DNA of 40,000 bases from Clostridium sp. MD294 (lineage in GTDB: Bacteria > Bacillota > Clostridia > Lachnospirales > Anaerotignaceae), in NCBI RefSeq assembly GCF_000364165.2, contig NZ_CP097810.1, positions 1,574,130-1,614,129 of the forward strand, written 5' to 3'. The position numbers were made by a program, and so were the translations under genes. Shown here piece after piece: positions 19,427-28,249 of the stretch. How positions within the stretch are numbered: position 1 is the stretch's first letter; each line of letters begins with the position of its first letter. Under the pieces are notes generated by a model. The model did no database searches. It was not told where the DNA came from and worked only from the letters and a program-made list of their open reading frames with translations.

Positions 19427-20406
19427 TAAAAATGAAAATTAAAATGCTTGTAAAAAATAATAATAAAATGTATGATGCAACAAATTTGTTAGAAGGAGAG
19501 GTTGTTGTAGAGAAAAGTATTATAGGGACTTGTGGAAAAATGACTTGTTCTATTATAAGAGATGGCGTAACACAGTTTGTAGAAGGAAATCAAATACAAT
19601 TTTATGCAGAAGATAAATTATTTTTTTCAGGGTGGATAATGAAAAAAAGTAGAACTTCTAAACAAATTATAGAAGTAACGGCATATGACCAGTTTTTTTA
19701 TTTGGTACAAAATAAAGATACCTATGTGTATTATAACAAAAAAGCATCAGAACTCATACAAATGATAGCGAATGATTATGGCTTAGAAATGGGAGAAATT
19801 TGTAATACAATGTGGCAAATTCCGCAAAGAATAGAAGAAGGTCAAACACTTTGGGATATGATTAATACAGCACTAAATTTAACAAAAAAGGAGATAGGGA
19901 AAGAATATTTTTTTTATGATGAAGGGGGAAAATTAACACTAACAGAAAAAAGTGATATGGTAACAAATGAAGTGTTGCAGTGTGATGGAAGTATAGAAGA
20001 TTATATTTATATAACAGATATATCAGAAGATACTTATAATGGTGTACAGCTGTTTCAGGCGGGAAGATTGGAAACAGAAAAATTGTCTTATAGAGAAGAA
20101 AAAGAAGAAGAAATTAAAAAATGGGGCAGAATATTGTACTATCAAAGAGTAGACCATAGATTAACACAGTATGATTTAAGAGCAATAGGAAATACAATTT
20201 TGTCACAAAAATGCCGTGTAAAAAAGACATTGCTATTAAAACAATTTTCAGAAAAATTAATATTAATACCAGGCCAGTCTATTTATATAGAATTACCAGA
20301 ATTGGCTGAAATTAGTTTAAAAGGTATGTTTGTAATAGAAAAAGGAATTTATCATTTTTTTAATGGAGGATATAAAGCAGATTTGAATATAAGAATGGAG
20401 GAGTAA
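19423..20406 (+). CDS. XkdQ/YqbQ-like baseplate hub protein (gpD/late control D-like)
   Basis: 327 aa with a GTGA stop-start overlap with the LysM gene (alternative ATG at 19432). Size and position match xkdQ. Confidence 0.7.
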   Translation: MIKMKIKMLVKNNNKMYDATNLLEGEVVVEKSIIGTCGKMTCSIIRDGVTQFVEGNQIQFYAEDKLFFSGWIMKKSRTSKQIIEVTAYDQFFYLVQNKDTYVYYNKKASELIQMIANDYGLEMGEICNTMWQIPQRIEEGQTLWDMINTALNLTKKEIGKEYFFYDEGGKLTLTEKSDMVTNEVLQCDGSIEDYIYITDISEDTYNGVQLFQAGRLETEKLSYREEKEEEIKKWGRILYYQRVDHRLTQYDLRAIGNTILSQKCRVKKTLLLKQFSEKLILIPGQSIYIELPELAEISLKGMFVIEKGIYHFFNGGYKADLNIRMEE

Positions 20407-20408
20407 TT

Positions 20409-20777
20409 ATGATAGAAGAAAAATATTTGCTAGAAGAAAAAGAAATTGAAGTATCTAAAAGATTTATAGGAGAAAATGGAAAACCTCTGAAATGGAGAAT
20501 AAAAGCATTAAAAGAAAAAGAACATCAAAAAATAAAACAAACAAAAACAACAGAAGCAATAGAGCAATATTGGGGAAAATTGTGTGCTAGTTGTGTTGTA
20601 ATACCAAATTTGAATGATAGAGAACTTTTAAAAAGTTATGGCTGTGATAAAGCAGATGAAGTATTGAAAGAAATGCTTACAATGGGAGAATATATGATAC
20701 TTTTGAAAGCAGTAAGAGAACAAAATTGCTTTGAACAAAGAGAACAAAAAATAAAAAATGATATAAAAAAGCAATAA
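20409..20777 (+). CDS. XkdN-like tail assembly chaperone, paralog 2 (zero-frame product)
   Basis: 122 aa, paralogous to 18403-18747. It ends 3 codons after an A_AAA_AAG slippery heptamer. Confidence 0.7.
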   Translation: MIEEKYLLEEKEIEVSKRFIGENGKPLKWRIKALKEKEHQKIKQTKTTEAIEQYWGKLCASCVVIPNLNDRELLKSYGCDKADEVLKEMLTMGEYMILLKAVREQNCFEQREQKIKNDIKKQ

Positions 20778-20890
20778 AGGAGGGTAGAGCAGAAACAGAT
20801 TATGCTGCTTATGCTCTCCGACATTATCATATATTGCCAAGTCAATATTTTCGTATGGATTTCGAACAGAAAATGTTTATAAAAAGTGTA
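20765..20890 (+). other. predicted -1 programmed ribosomal frameshift site (A_AAA_AAG, 20765-20771) with a 39-codon -1 extension to the stop at 20888-20890
   Basis: The heptamer is in the correct phase with the 20409 frame. The -1 frame is open from 20762 and encodes AIKEGRAETDYAAYALRHYHILPSQYFRMDFEQKMFIKV. The arrangement mirrors the gpG/gpGT chaperone pair upstream of tape-measure genes. Confidence 0.6.
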
Positions 20891-20913
20891 ATAGATTTGG
20901 AACTGGAGGAGAG

Positions 20914-22206
20914 GTGATGATAATGTTTTCTTTTTATAAAAAACAGTTTTTAAAAAATGAAAAAGGAAATGATTTTTTTTGGCGTTGGTATGAACAGGAA
21001 GAAATGCAAAAGAAAAGTATATTGTGGCGACAACAATATCTGTATGAAAATAAACAACAGTCGCTGTATAAAATGGTTGGAGAGAAAGAAAATAGTATAA
21101 AAAATAATAAAGAGAAAAAAAGTGTTGAAAAAGAAATAAAAAAGAAACAAAAACAGGAAAATAGTATATTTAAAAAACAAGAAATATTTGAAAAACAAAA
21201 AACAAAAAGTATGTTTGATGAAATACAGTATCAAAAAGAATATGAAGAATATAAACAAACAGAAGAACAAAAAAGACAACAACAACAGAAAAAAAGTGAT
21301 ATAGAAAAACAATACCAAATTGAAAAAGAAAAACAAATAAAATATCAGATACAAAATAAATATGAAATAGAAAAACAGTACCAAATAGAACAACAAAAAC
21401 AATATCAAAAACAAAAACAGCAACGATACCAACAACAAAAACAAAATATACAACAAAAACAGCAAGAATATGAACAACAAATTCAAAAACAACAACAAAA
21501 AAGAAAACAAACACAACAGCAAAATGAAAATAAAAGAGAACAAAAAAGACAAGAATTACAACAATATAAAATAGATAAAAAAAATCAAAAACAAAGTGAA
21601 AGTGTATGGGAAATAGAAAAACAAAATAGAGAATATAACAAAGAGATAGAAAAACAGAAATACTTTGATATAAAAGAAATATTTGATAAAAAAGGAAGCG
21701 AAAATAAAAAAGAGAAACAGAATAAAGTAGTGTTAAAAGAAATAAAAAAAGGTGATATTTGGGGATATGGAAATAGCATTTTAAAAAAAGAAAAAAAAGA
21801 AAGTGTTTTTAATTTAGGAAAACAAATATTACAACAAAAAGAATATAGTGTAAAAAATAATATAGAAAAAATAAAACAAAAGAATTTAGAACAAAAACAA
21901 AATAAAAAACAATGGCAAAAAGAAGTGTGGCCTGGTTCAGAACAAAAAAGAGATATAAAAAGTGTGTGGGAAAAAGAAAATAAAAATATAGAACAAATAG
22001 AACAATATAATAAAAAAATAAATACAGAAATAATACAAAATGTTGTAAAAAATAGTTTAAAACAAAAAGAAGAGCAAAAACAGCAAAAACAACAAGTGCA
22101 GCAAAAGCAACAAAATGTTGATATAAATACATTGTTTTTACATATGACAGAAAAGCTGTTAGAACAAAGAGAGAGAAGTTTGAGAGCAAGTCAAATGAAA
22201 ATATGA
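20914..22206 (+). CDS. K/Q/E-rich low-complexity protein in the tape-measure position (putative atypical tape measure)
   Basis: A 430-codon open frame in AT-rich DNA, with a GGAGGAGAGG RBS (ATG at 20917). It lies directly after the chaperone/frameshift pair and before the XkdR-like gene. I recognise no sequence motif. Confidence 0.45.
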   Translation: MMIMFSFYKKQFLKNEKGNDFFWRWYEQEEMQKKSILWRQQYLYENKQQSLYKMVGEKENSIKNNKEKKSVEKEIKKKQKQENSIFKKQEIFEKQKTKSMFDEIQYQKEYEEYKQTEEQKRQQQQKKSDIEKQYQIEKEKQIKYQIQNKYEIEKQYQIEQQKQYQKQKQQRYQQQKQNIQQKQQEYEQQIQKQQQKRKQTQQQNENKREQKRQELQQYKIDKKNQKQSESVWEIEKQNREYNKEIEKQKYFDIKEIFDKKGSENKKEKQNKVVLKEIKKGDIWGYGNSILKKEKKESVFNLGKQILQQKEYSVKNNIEKIKQKNLEQKQNKKQWQKEVWPGSEQKRDIKSVWEKENKNIEQIEQYNKKINTEIIQNVVKNSLKQKEEQKQQKQQVQQKQQNVDINTLFLHMTEKLLEQRERSLRASQMKI

Positions 22207-22221
22207 AATGGGGAAAAAAGT

Positions 22222-22578
22222 ATGTTAGAAGCAGTAAAATTGTTGGCATATGATGTATTGCAGCAAGAAAATATAGCAGATATTTGTTATGGTACTGTAA
22301 CAGCAACAGAACCACTAAAAATAATATTGGAGCAAAAATTAGAATTAACAGAAAATTTTTTGATATTGTCACAAAATGTAATGAAACATTATGAAAGCTT
22401 TTATATGAGGAAAAAAGATAGTAATGAACAGTGGGAACACTATGAAATCATAATTGAAAAGGAACTAAAAAAGGGAGAAAGAGTCATATTGATGAAAATG
22501 ACAGGAGGACAAAGATATGTCGTATTGGATAGAGTAGGAGAGGAGATGACAGAAAATGAAACTGACACCACAGTCTGA
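22222..22578 (+). CDS. XkdR-like baseplate protein (DUF2577-like)
   Basis: 118 aa. The GTVTATEPLKIILEQKLELTENFLIL pattern is typical of DUF2577. Confidence 0.7.
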   Translation: MLEAVKLLAYDVLQQENIADICYGTVTATEPLKIILEQKLELTENFLILSQNVMKHYESFYMRKKDSNEQWEHYEIIIEKELKKGERVILMKMTGGQRYVVLDRVGEEMTENETDTTV

Positions 22579-22963
22579 AATAGAAGTAAATAGTAATGTG
22601 GTTATACAAAAAATACCTACATTAACTTATAGAGTGCAAAAAGAAAAAGAAATTGTTTCTGGTACAGTAGATGAATTGGAAGCAATGAAACAGGCAGTGT
22701 TTAAAATATTGTTTACAGAAAGATACCAGTATGAAATTTATAATTGGGAGTATGGTATGGAATTGAAAGATTTGTTTGGTAGAGCAAAAAGTTATGTGAT
22801 ACCAGAAATGAAAAAGAGAATTGAGGAGGCATTGCTGGCGGATGATAGAATAAAAGCAGTAACAGATTTTCAATTTGGAGGGAAAAAAGGAGAATTGGAA
22901 GTAAAATTTAAAGTACATACTATATTTGGAACACTAGAAATAGAAAGGACGGTTGATATTTAA
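22556..22963 (+). CDS. XkdS-like baseplate protein (DUF2634 / gpW-like)
   Basis: 135 aa that overlaps the previous gene. The TYRV...GTVDELEAMKQAVFKILFTERYQYEIY pattern is typical of DUF2634. Confidence 0.7.
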   Translation: MKLTPQSEIEVNSNVVIQKIPTLTYRVQKEKEIVSGTVDELEAMKQAVFKILFTERYQYEIYNWEYGMELKDLFGRAKSYVIPEMKKRIEEALLADDRIKAVTDFQFGGKKGELEVKFKVHTIFGTLEIERTVDI

Positions 22964-24033
22964 TGTATGAGAGTTATGAGGAATTGATGGAGAGAAAGCT
23001 AGAACAAGTAAATCAAAAAAGAGATAGAAGACAGGGAAGTATTATATTTGATGCGATTGCACCAAATGCAGCAGAAACAGCTATATTTTATGCAGATTTA
23101 AAAATGCTGGAAAATCGTACTTATGGAGATAGTGCAACAGAACAAGATTTAACAAGAAGATGTATGGAAAGAGGAGTTTTTAGAAAAGAAGGTACAAAAG
23201 CCACTTTTTTAGGAAAATTTATAGATAGAAATGAAAGAGCTTGTAATGTACCTATTGGTATGAGATTTAATTTGGAAGAATTAAATTATATTGTAATAGA
23301 AAAGACAGCAGTAGAAGGAGAGTATATATTAGAGTGCGAAACAGTAGGAGAAACAGGTAATCAGTATTTAGGGGATTTAATACCCATTACATATTTAGAG
23401 GGACTGGCAAAAGGAGAATTGATAGAACTGCTTACAGAAGGAGAAGATGAAGAAACAGATGAAAGTCTGAGAAAAAGATACTATAGTAGTTTTAATACAG
23501 ATACATTTGGGGGAAATATAGAAGACTATAAAGTAAAAGTAATGGCATTAAAAGGAGTAGGAGGAGTAAAAGTAACACCAGTTTGGAATGGAGGAGGAAC
23601 AGTAAAACTGACAATAGTAGACGGAAATTTCAATGCACCAATAGAAGGAGAAATTGCAAAAATACAACAAGTAATAGACCCTCAAAAAAGGGGATTGGGC
23701 TATGGTATTGCACCAATAGGACATAAAGTAACAGTAGAACCAGCAAAAGAAGTACAATGCTATATAGAAATGACATTGTTATTAAAAGATGGAACAAATA
23801 AAACAAAAGTAACAGAAGAAATTACAAATTCTATAGAAGATTATTTTTCAAATTTGAGAAAACAATGGGCAGATATGGAATATTTAACAGTACGTATTAG
23901 TTATTTGGAAGCGAGGGCATTGGACGCAGAAGGAGTTATTGATGTGCAATATACTAAAATAAATGACCGTGCACAAAATTATATATTAGAATATAATGAA
24001 ATTCCGTTTTTGGGAAGTGTGGTGACAGAATGA
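22963..24033 (+). CDS. baseplate J-like protein (XkdT-like)
   Basis: 356 aa with a TAATG overlap with the previous gene. Size and position match gpJ/gp47-family proteins. Confidence 0.85.
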   Translation: MYESYEELMERKLEQVNQKRDRRQGSIIFDAIAPNAAETAIFYADLKMLENRTYGDSATEQDLTRRCMERGVFRKEGTKATFLGKFIDRNERACNVPIGMRFNLEELNYIVIEKTAVEGEYILECETVGETGNQYLGDLIPITYLEGLAKGELIELLTEGEDEETDESLRKRYYSSFNTDTFGGNIEDYKVKVMALKGVGGVKVTPVWNGGGTVKLTIVDGNFNAPIEGEIAKIQQVIDPQKRGLGYGIAPIGHKVTVEPAKEVQCYIEMTLLLKDGTNKTKVTEEITNSIEDYFSNLRKQWADMEYLTVRISYLEARALDAEGVIDVQYTKINDRAQNYILEYNEIPFLGSVVTE

Positions 24034-24599
24034 AACAAATTTATGAAAAATATTTGCCACCATTTGTAAAAGACACAAGAGAATTTCAAATGCTTTCAGA
24101 AATAGAAGGAAATATATTGACAGAAGAAAAACAGGCAAAACAATATTTAGAAGATGACCAATGGATTGTAACAGCAACAGAAAGAGGATTAAAAAGAAGA
24201 GCAAAATTATTAAATATTGTAAGAGAGCAAAATGAAAGTTTAGAAGATTTTAGACAAAGAATACTTTTTTTGTGGAACCATCATAAACCTTATACTTATT
24301 TTCATTTGTTAGATTGGTTGGAAGGAATATGTAATAAAGATAATGTAACAAATGTAGTAGTAGATATGCAGCATGATTTGTATTATTTACATATAGAAAT
24401 TAGATTGATTAAAAAACAATTGCAAGAGGAAATAAAAAAGACAGTAAGAAAAATGATACCTGCCAATATCGTGTTGGAGGTAACATTGCGATATAATTTG
24501 TATGGAGAAATAAAACCGTATACTTATGGAGATTTAAAACGAAAACAGTTCCGATATATTGATATAAGAGAAGAAGATATTAGATATTGGGAAATGTAA
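24030..24599 (+). CDS. XkdU-like tail protein (DUF2313/YmfQ-like)
   Basis: 189 aa with an ATGA overlap. The YLPPFVKDTREFQML..E start is typical of DUF2313. It is the last gene of the structural operon. Confidence 0.75.
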   Translation: MKQIYEKYLPPFVKDTREFQMLSEIEGNILTEEKQAKQYLEDDQWIVTATERGLKRRAKLLNIVREQNESLEDFRQRILFLWNHHKPYTYFHLLDWLEGICNKDNVTNVVVDMQHDLYYLHIEIRLIKKQLQEEIKKTVRKMIPANIVLEVTLRYNLYGEIKPYTYGDLKRKQFRYIDIREEDIRYWEM

Positions 24600-24632
24600 A
24601 TAATAAAATATGTTTCAAAATTTAATGTGTCA

Positions 24633-24661
24633 GCGTGTCGATAAAATCGACACGTTTTTTT
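24633..24661 (+). terminator. rho-independent terminator; its hairpin is a third copy of hairpin H1 of the multi-hairpin element
   Basis: cgtgtcga-taaaa-tcgacacg plus T7. 24631-24654 matches 8915-8938 at 22 of 24 positions in direct orientation. Confidence 0.85.
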
Positions 24662-24761
24662 ATGAAAAAAATAGATTTTTTTGTATATTTACCAATTTTA
24701 TATCAGTAATAAAATGAAAAATAGGGGAAAAATGATAAATGAAGTTTATTGTATATTGTGA

Positions 24762-25451
<690 letters not shown>

Positions 25452-25528
25452 AGAAAATGGGACAAAGTATATCATGTTAACAAAAGGACACTTCTATTAC
25501 TTCTAAAATGGTTATATAAAATATATTT

Positions 25529-25563
25529 GTGTTCAAAAGGGCTATAGTATTCCTTTTGAACAC
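25529..25563. terminator. bidirectional terminator hairpin between the recombinase and Nudix genes
   Basis: Perfect 12-bp stem gtgttcaaaagg/ccttttgaacac with A/T-rich flanks on both sides, between convergent genes. Confidence 0.7.
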
Positions 25564-25589
25564 AATATAAAAAACACATTATAATTGCT

Positions 25590-26219
25590 TTATGAAAAAA
25601 GCGATGTAATAGCATGATGTGTAATTTGTGCAGTAATGCCCCAAATAGTATATTGCTGATATTGATAAAATAATTCCGGTATTTTGGGGGTAGCAAAAGT
25701 ATAATTTTTTCCTCCATGAATACGCTCGTAAGGAAAATCTTCTTTTGTAAAAGGAGAAAAATATAAATAATGTATTTCAGGTTCTGTTTGTTTAAAAAAA
25801 GAAATTGGTACAGTGAATATTTCGTCTACTTCTTCTTTGCTGAAATGAATATCTTTTATATTGATACCTGAAACAAATCCTACAAATGGCATGATTATAG
25901 TACCAAATGTTGTCAATACAAAATCCATACAACCAAGTACTGCAATGTTATCAGGAGAAATGCCTAGTTCTTCCTGTGTTTCACGCAATGCAGTTTGAAG
26001 GGGCGTTTCATTATTTTCTCCTCTGCCTCCAGGAAAACTAATATCACCAGGCTGGTGAAGTAGTTTTTCTGAACGTTTGGTAAAAAGTAAATGAATTTCA
26101 TCATCAATACAAAAAAGTAAAAGCATAACGGCAGAAGGAAGATATTTCATAATAGGTTTTGGTGTATTATTTTGTAATTTGTTTTTGATATTTTTTATAT
26201 AAGTGTTTGTATATTTCAA
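25590..26219 (-). CDS. Nudix hydrolase, CoA pyrophosphatase-like
   Basis: Nudix box GGRGENNETPLQTALRETQEELGI, preceded by the LLFTKRSEKLLHQPGDISFPGG motif characteristic of CoA-pyrophosphatase-type Nudix enzymes. Confidence 0.8.
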   Translation of the reverse strand: MKYTNTYIKNIKNKLQNNTPKPIMKYLPSAVMLLLFCIDDEIHLLFTKRSEKLLHQPGDISFPGGRGENNETPLQTALRETQEELGISPDNIAVLGCMDFVLTTFGTIIMPFVGFVSGINIKDIHFSKEEVDEIFTVPISFFKQTEPEIHYLYFSPFTKEDFPYERIHGGKNYTFATPKIPELFYQYQQYTIWGITAQITHHAITSLFS

Positions 26220-26245
26220 AAAATCACTCCTTTCATGATTTCTAG

Positions 26246-27316
26246 TTAATTTTTACGAAGTTTGACATATTTTGGAGCACTACGACGACGATTTTCTCCC
26301 ATTGCCGCATAATGTTTTTGAGTAGTGTTTATGTCAGAATGTCCTAAGGCATCTGCTACTAAATAAATATCTCCAGTTTCTTGATAAAGAGAAGTAGCAT
26401 ATGTGCTGCGTAATTTGTGAGGAGATATTTTTTTAGAAGGCGATGCAATACGAGAGTATTTTTTAACAATATTTTCAACAGCACGTACTGTAATACGAGT
26501 CCCTCTGTTTGAGAGAAAAAGAGCTTGTTCTTGTTCTGCTTTATTTTTTTGTTTTTCTCTTTGAGCAATGTAATCTAATAAAGCGTGTTGTACTTCTTCA
26601 TTAAAATAAAGTATTGACTCATTGCCACCTTTACGAATAACTTTTACACTGTTGTTTCTAAAATCAATATCATTTAAGTCAATACCTACACATTCTGAAA
26701 CACGCATACCTGTACCTAAAAAAAGTGAAATAAGTGCCAAATCTCTTTTTTGGCTGTGGGCTATGTGAGCCTTTTGTGTATGTGACATAGCATCTGTATT
26801 ACAATTTTCTACTAAATCTAAAAGATTGGCTACTTCATCAGGTTCTAAGTAAATAATCTGTTTTTTGTGTATTTTGGGAGCATCTACAATAGCGGCAGGA
26901 TTAGAAGATACTTTTTGTTTTTTATAAAAAAATTGATACATTGTTCTAACAGCAGCTAATTTGCGTGTTTTTCCCTCTGCATCGTTTTGAATTTCAATCA
27001 TTTTTTCTGGACAAAGAGGGTCAGGCTTTTGATAGTACGTTAAATATTCTAAAAAACCTTCAATATCGTCTGCATTAATTTCATTTAAACAATTTAATGT
27101 CATATCTTCTAATGAAGTTCCTTTTAATTTTTGATGATATTGCGAAATATATGTAAAAAATATTTTTAAATCATAAGCATATACCACACGTGTTTTAATA
27201 GATGCTGTATTAGCCATTGCTCTGAAAAATTCTCCTAAAAAATAAGGACACTCCTCTAATATAGCACGTAAACGTATGGTATCATTTCTTTTTTGCTGTT
27301 CGTGATAAGTACTCAC
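26246..27316 (-). CDS. tyrosine site-specific recombinase (XerC/XerD-like)
   Basis: 356 aa with catalytic residues in GMRVSEC, HKLRSTYAT and LGHSDINTTQKHY. The N-terminal SAM-like core-binding domain has a YAYDLKIFF pattern. Confidence 0.8.
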   Translation of the reverse strand: MSTYHEQQKRNDTIRLRAILEECPYFLGEFFRAMANTASIKTRVVYAYDLKIFFTYISQYHQKLKGTSLEDMTLNCLNEINADDIEGFLEYLTYYQKPDPLCPEKMIEIQNDAEGKTRKLAAVRTMYQFFYKKQKVSSNPAAIVDAPKIHKKQIIYLEPDEVANLLDLVENCNTDAMSHTQKAHIAHSQKRDLALISLFLGTGMRVSECVGIDLNDIDFRNNSVKVIRKGGNESILYFNEEVQHALLDYIAQREKQKNKAEQEQALFLSNRGTRITVRAVENIVKKYSRIASPSKKISPHKLRSTYATSLYQETGDIYLVADALGHSDINTTQKHYAAMGENRRRSAPKYVKLRKN

Positions 27317-27387
27317 AGAATAACTTCCTTTCTATTTCTAATTTATATATGAATAAAATTTCTATAACATAACAATTTAAACTTTAT

Positions 27388-28107
27388 TTATTTTAATTTC
27401 CAACCTTTTATATCAGAACGTTGTATTGCACCAAATACTTTTTGCTGCAAATTTTTATAATCTTTTGAAAGAGATTGAAGTAGTTGTTTTGTTTCTTGTC
27501 TTTTGGTATTACCATCAGCAATACAAGGATTTTTTACAATAGAAATACCACTTTTTTGTATAAATCCTTTTATTTCTGGTTCTGGTACATACATAAGAGG
27601 ACGAATGGAATAAATTTGTTTTCTGTCTAAAAAACTTACAGGAGAAAAACAGTTGATACGACCTTCATAAAACAATGACATAAAAAATGTTTCTACAACA
27701 TCATCTTTGTTATGACCTAAAGCAACTTTATTGCAATTTAGTTGTTCAGCCATATCATTTAAAGCTCCTTTTCTCATTTTAGCACAAAGTGAACAAGGGT
27801 TTTTTTCTTTTCTTTCTTCAAATATAATTTGTGCTATGTCTGTATTTACGACAGTGTAATTTACACCAATTTCATGGCAAAAATGTTTTATATCATCATA
27901 ATTAGCATTAGGCAATCCTAAAGAAACAGTAATTGCTTCTAATTCGAAATGTTTAGGATAAAAACGTTGTAAATTTTTTAATGCTAATAAAAGACAGATA
28001 CTGTCTTTTCCTCCTGAGATGCCTACTGCAATTTTGTCACCATGTTCAATCATATTGTAATCTTCTACTGCACGACGAACATAACTTAATAGTTTTTGTA
28101 ATTTCAT
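27388..28107 (-). CDS. ttcA: PP-loop ATPase, TtcA-family tRNA thiolation enzyme
   Basis: SGGKDS PP-loop and PCSLCAKMRKG cysteine motif in a 239-aa protein. GGAGGCAA RBS on the minus strand. Confidence 0.7.
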   Translation of the reverse strand: MKLQKLLSYVRRAVEDYNMIEHGDKIAVGISGGKDSICLLLALKNLQRFYPKHFELEAITVSLGLPNANYDDIKHFCHEIGVNYTVVNTDIAQIIFEERKEKNPCSLCAKMRKGALNDMAEQLNCNKVALGHNKDDVVETFFMSLFYEGRINCFSPVSFLDRKQIYSIRPLMYVPEPEIKGFIQKSGISIVKNPCIADGNTKRQETKQLLQSLSKDYKNLQQKVFGAIQRSDIKGWKLK

Positions 28108-28249
28108 AAATTGCCTCCAATATAATACTATAATAGAATATAAAATCTGTAAAATTTTTTATAAAAAGTTTTCAAATATATATCATATCTGTAAACAAAA
28201 TATTTCTGTATAACATGATAATAAATAATATTATTTCAATCTGTCAAAA

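Larger units (their letters stand above)
9155..24661. mobile_element. compact PBSX-like phage-derived cluster (defective prophage, DNA-packaging particle or satellite-like element)
   Basis: Contiguous repressor, late activator, terminase, portal, capsid, sheath, tube and baseplate genes in PBSX-like order with overlapping stop/start codons. It ends at a strong terminator at 24633-24661. Confidence 0.85.

Noticed and set aside
20950-22372. Minus-strand ORFs 20950-21552, 21170-21514 and 21809-22372, which encode F/L-rich polypeptides.
   Set aside because: They are mirror images of the K/Q/E-rich plus-strand gene (AAA/CAA/GAA codons read as TTT/TTG/TTC). The plus-strand gene has the RBS, operon coupling and a chaperone/frameshift context.
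26246-27316. The tyrosine recombinase, considered as the integrase of the phage-derived cluster.
   Set aside because: This is not excluded, but I did not call it. It is separated from the cluster by two terminators, the serine recombinase and a Nudix gene, and appears co-transcribed with the Nudix and TtcA-family housekeeping-type genes. Its core-binding and catalytic motifs look Xer-like. No direct-repeat att pair encloses it together with the cluster.
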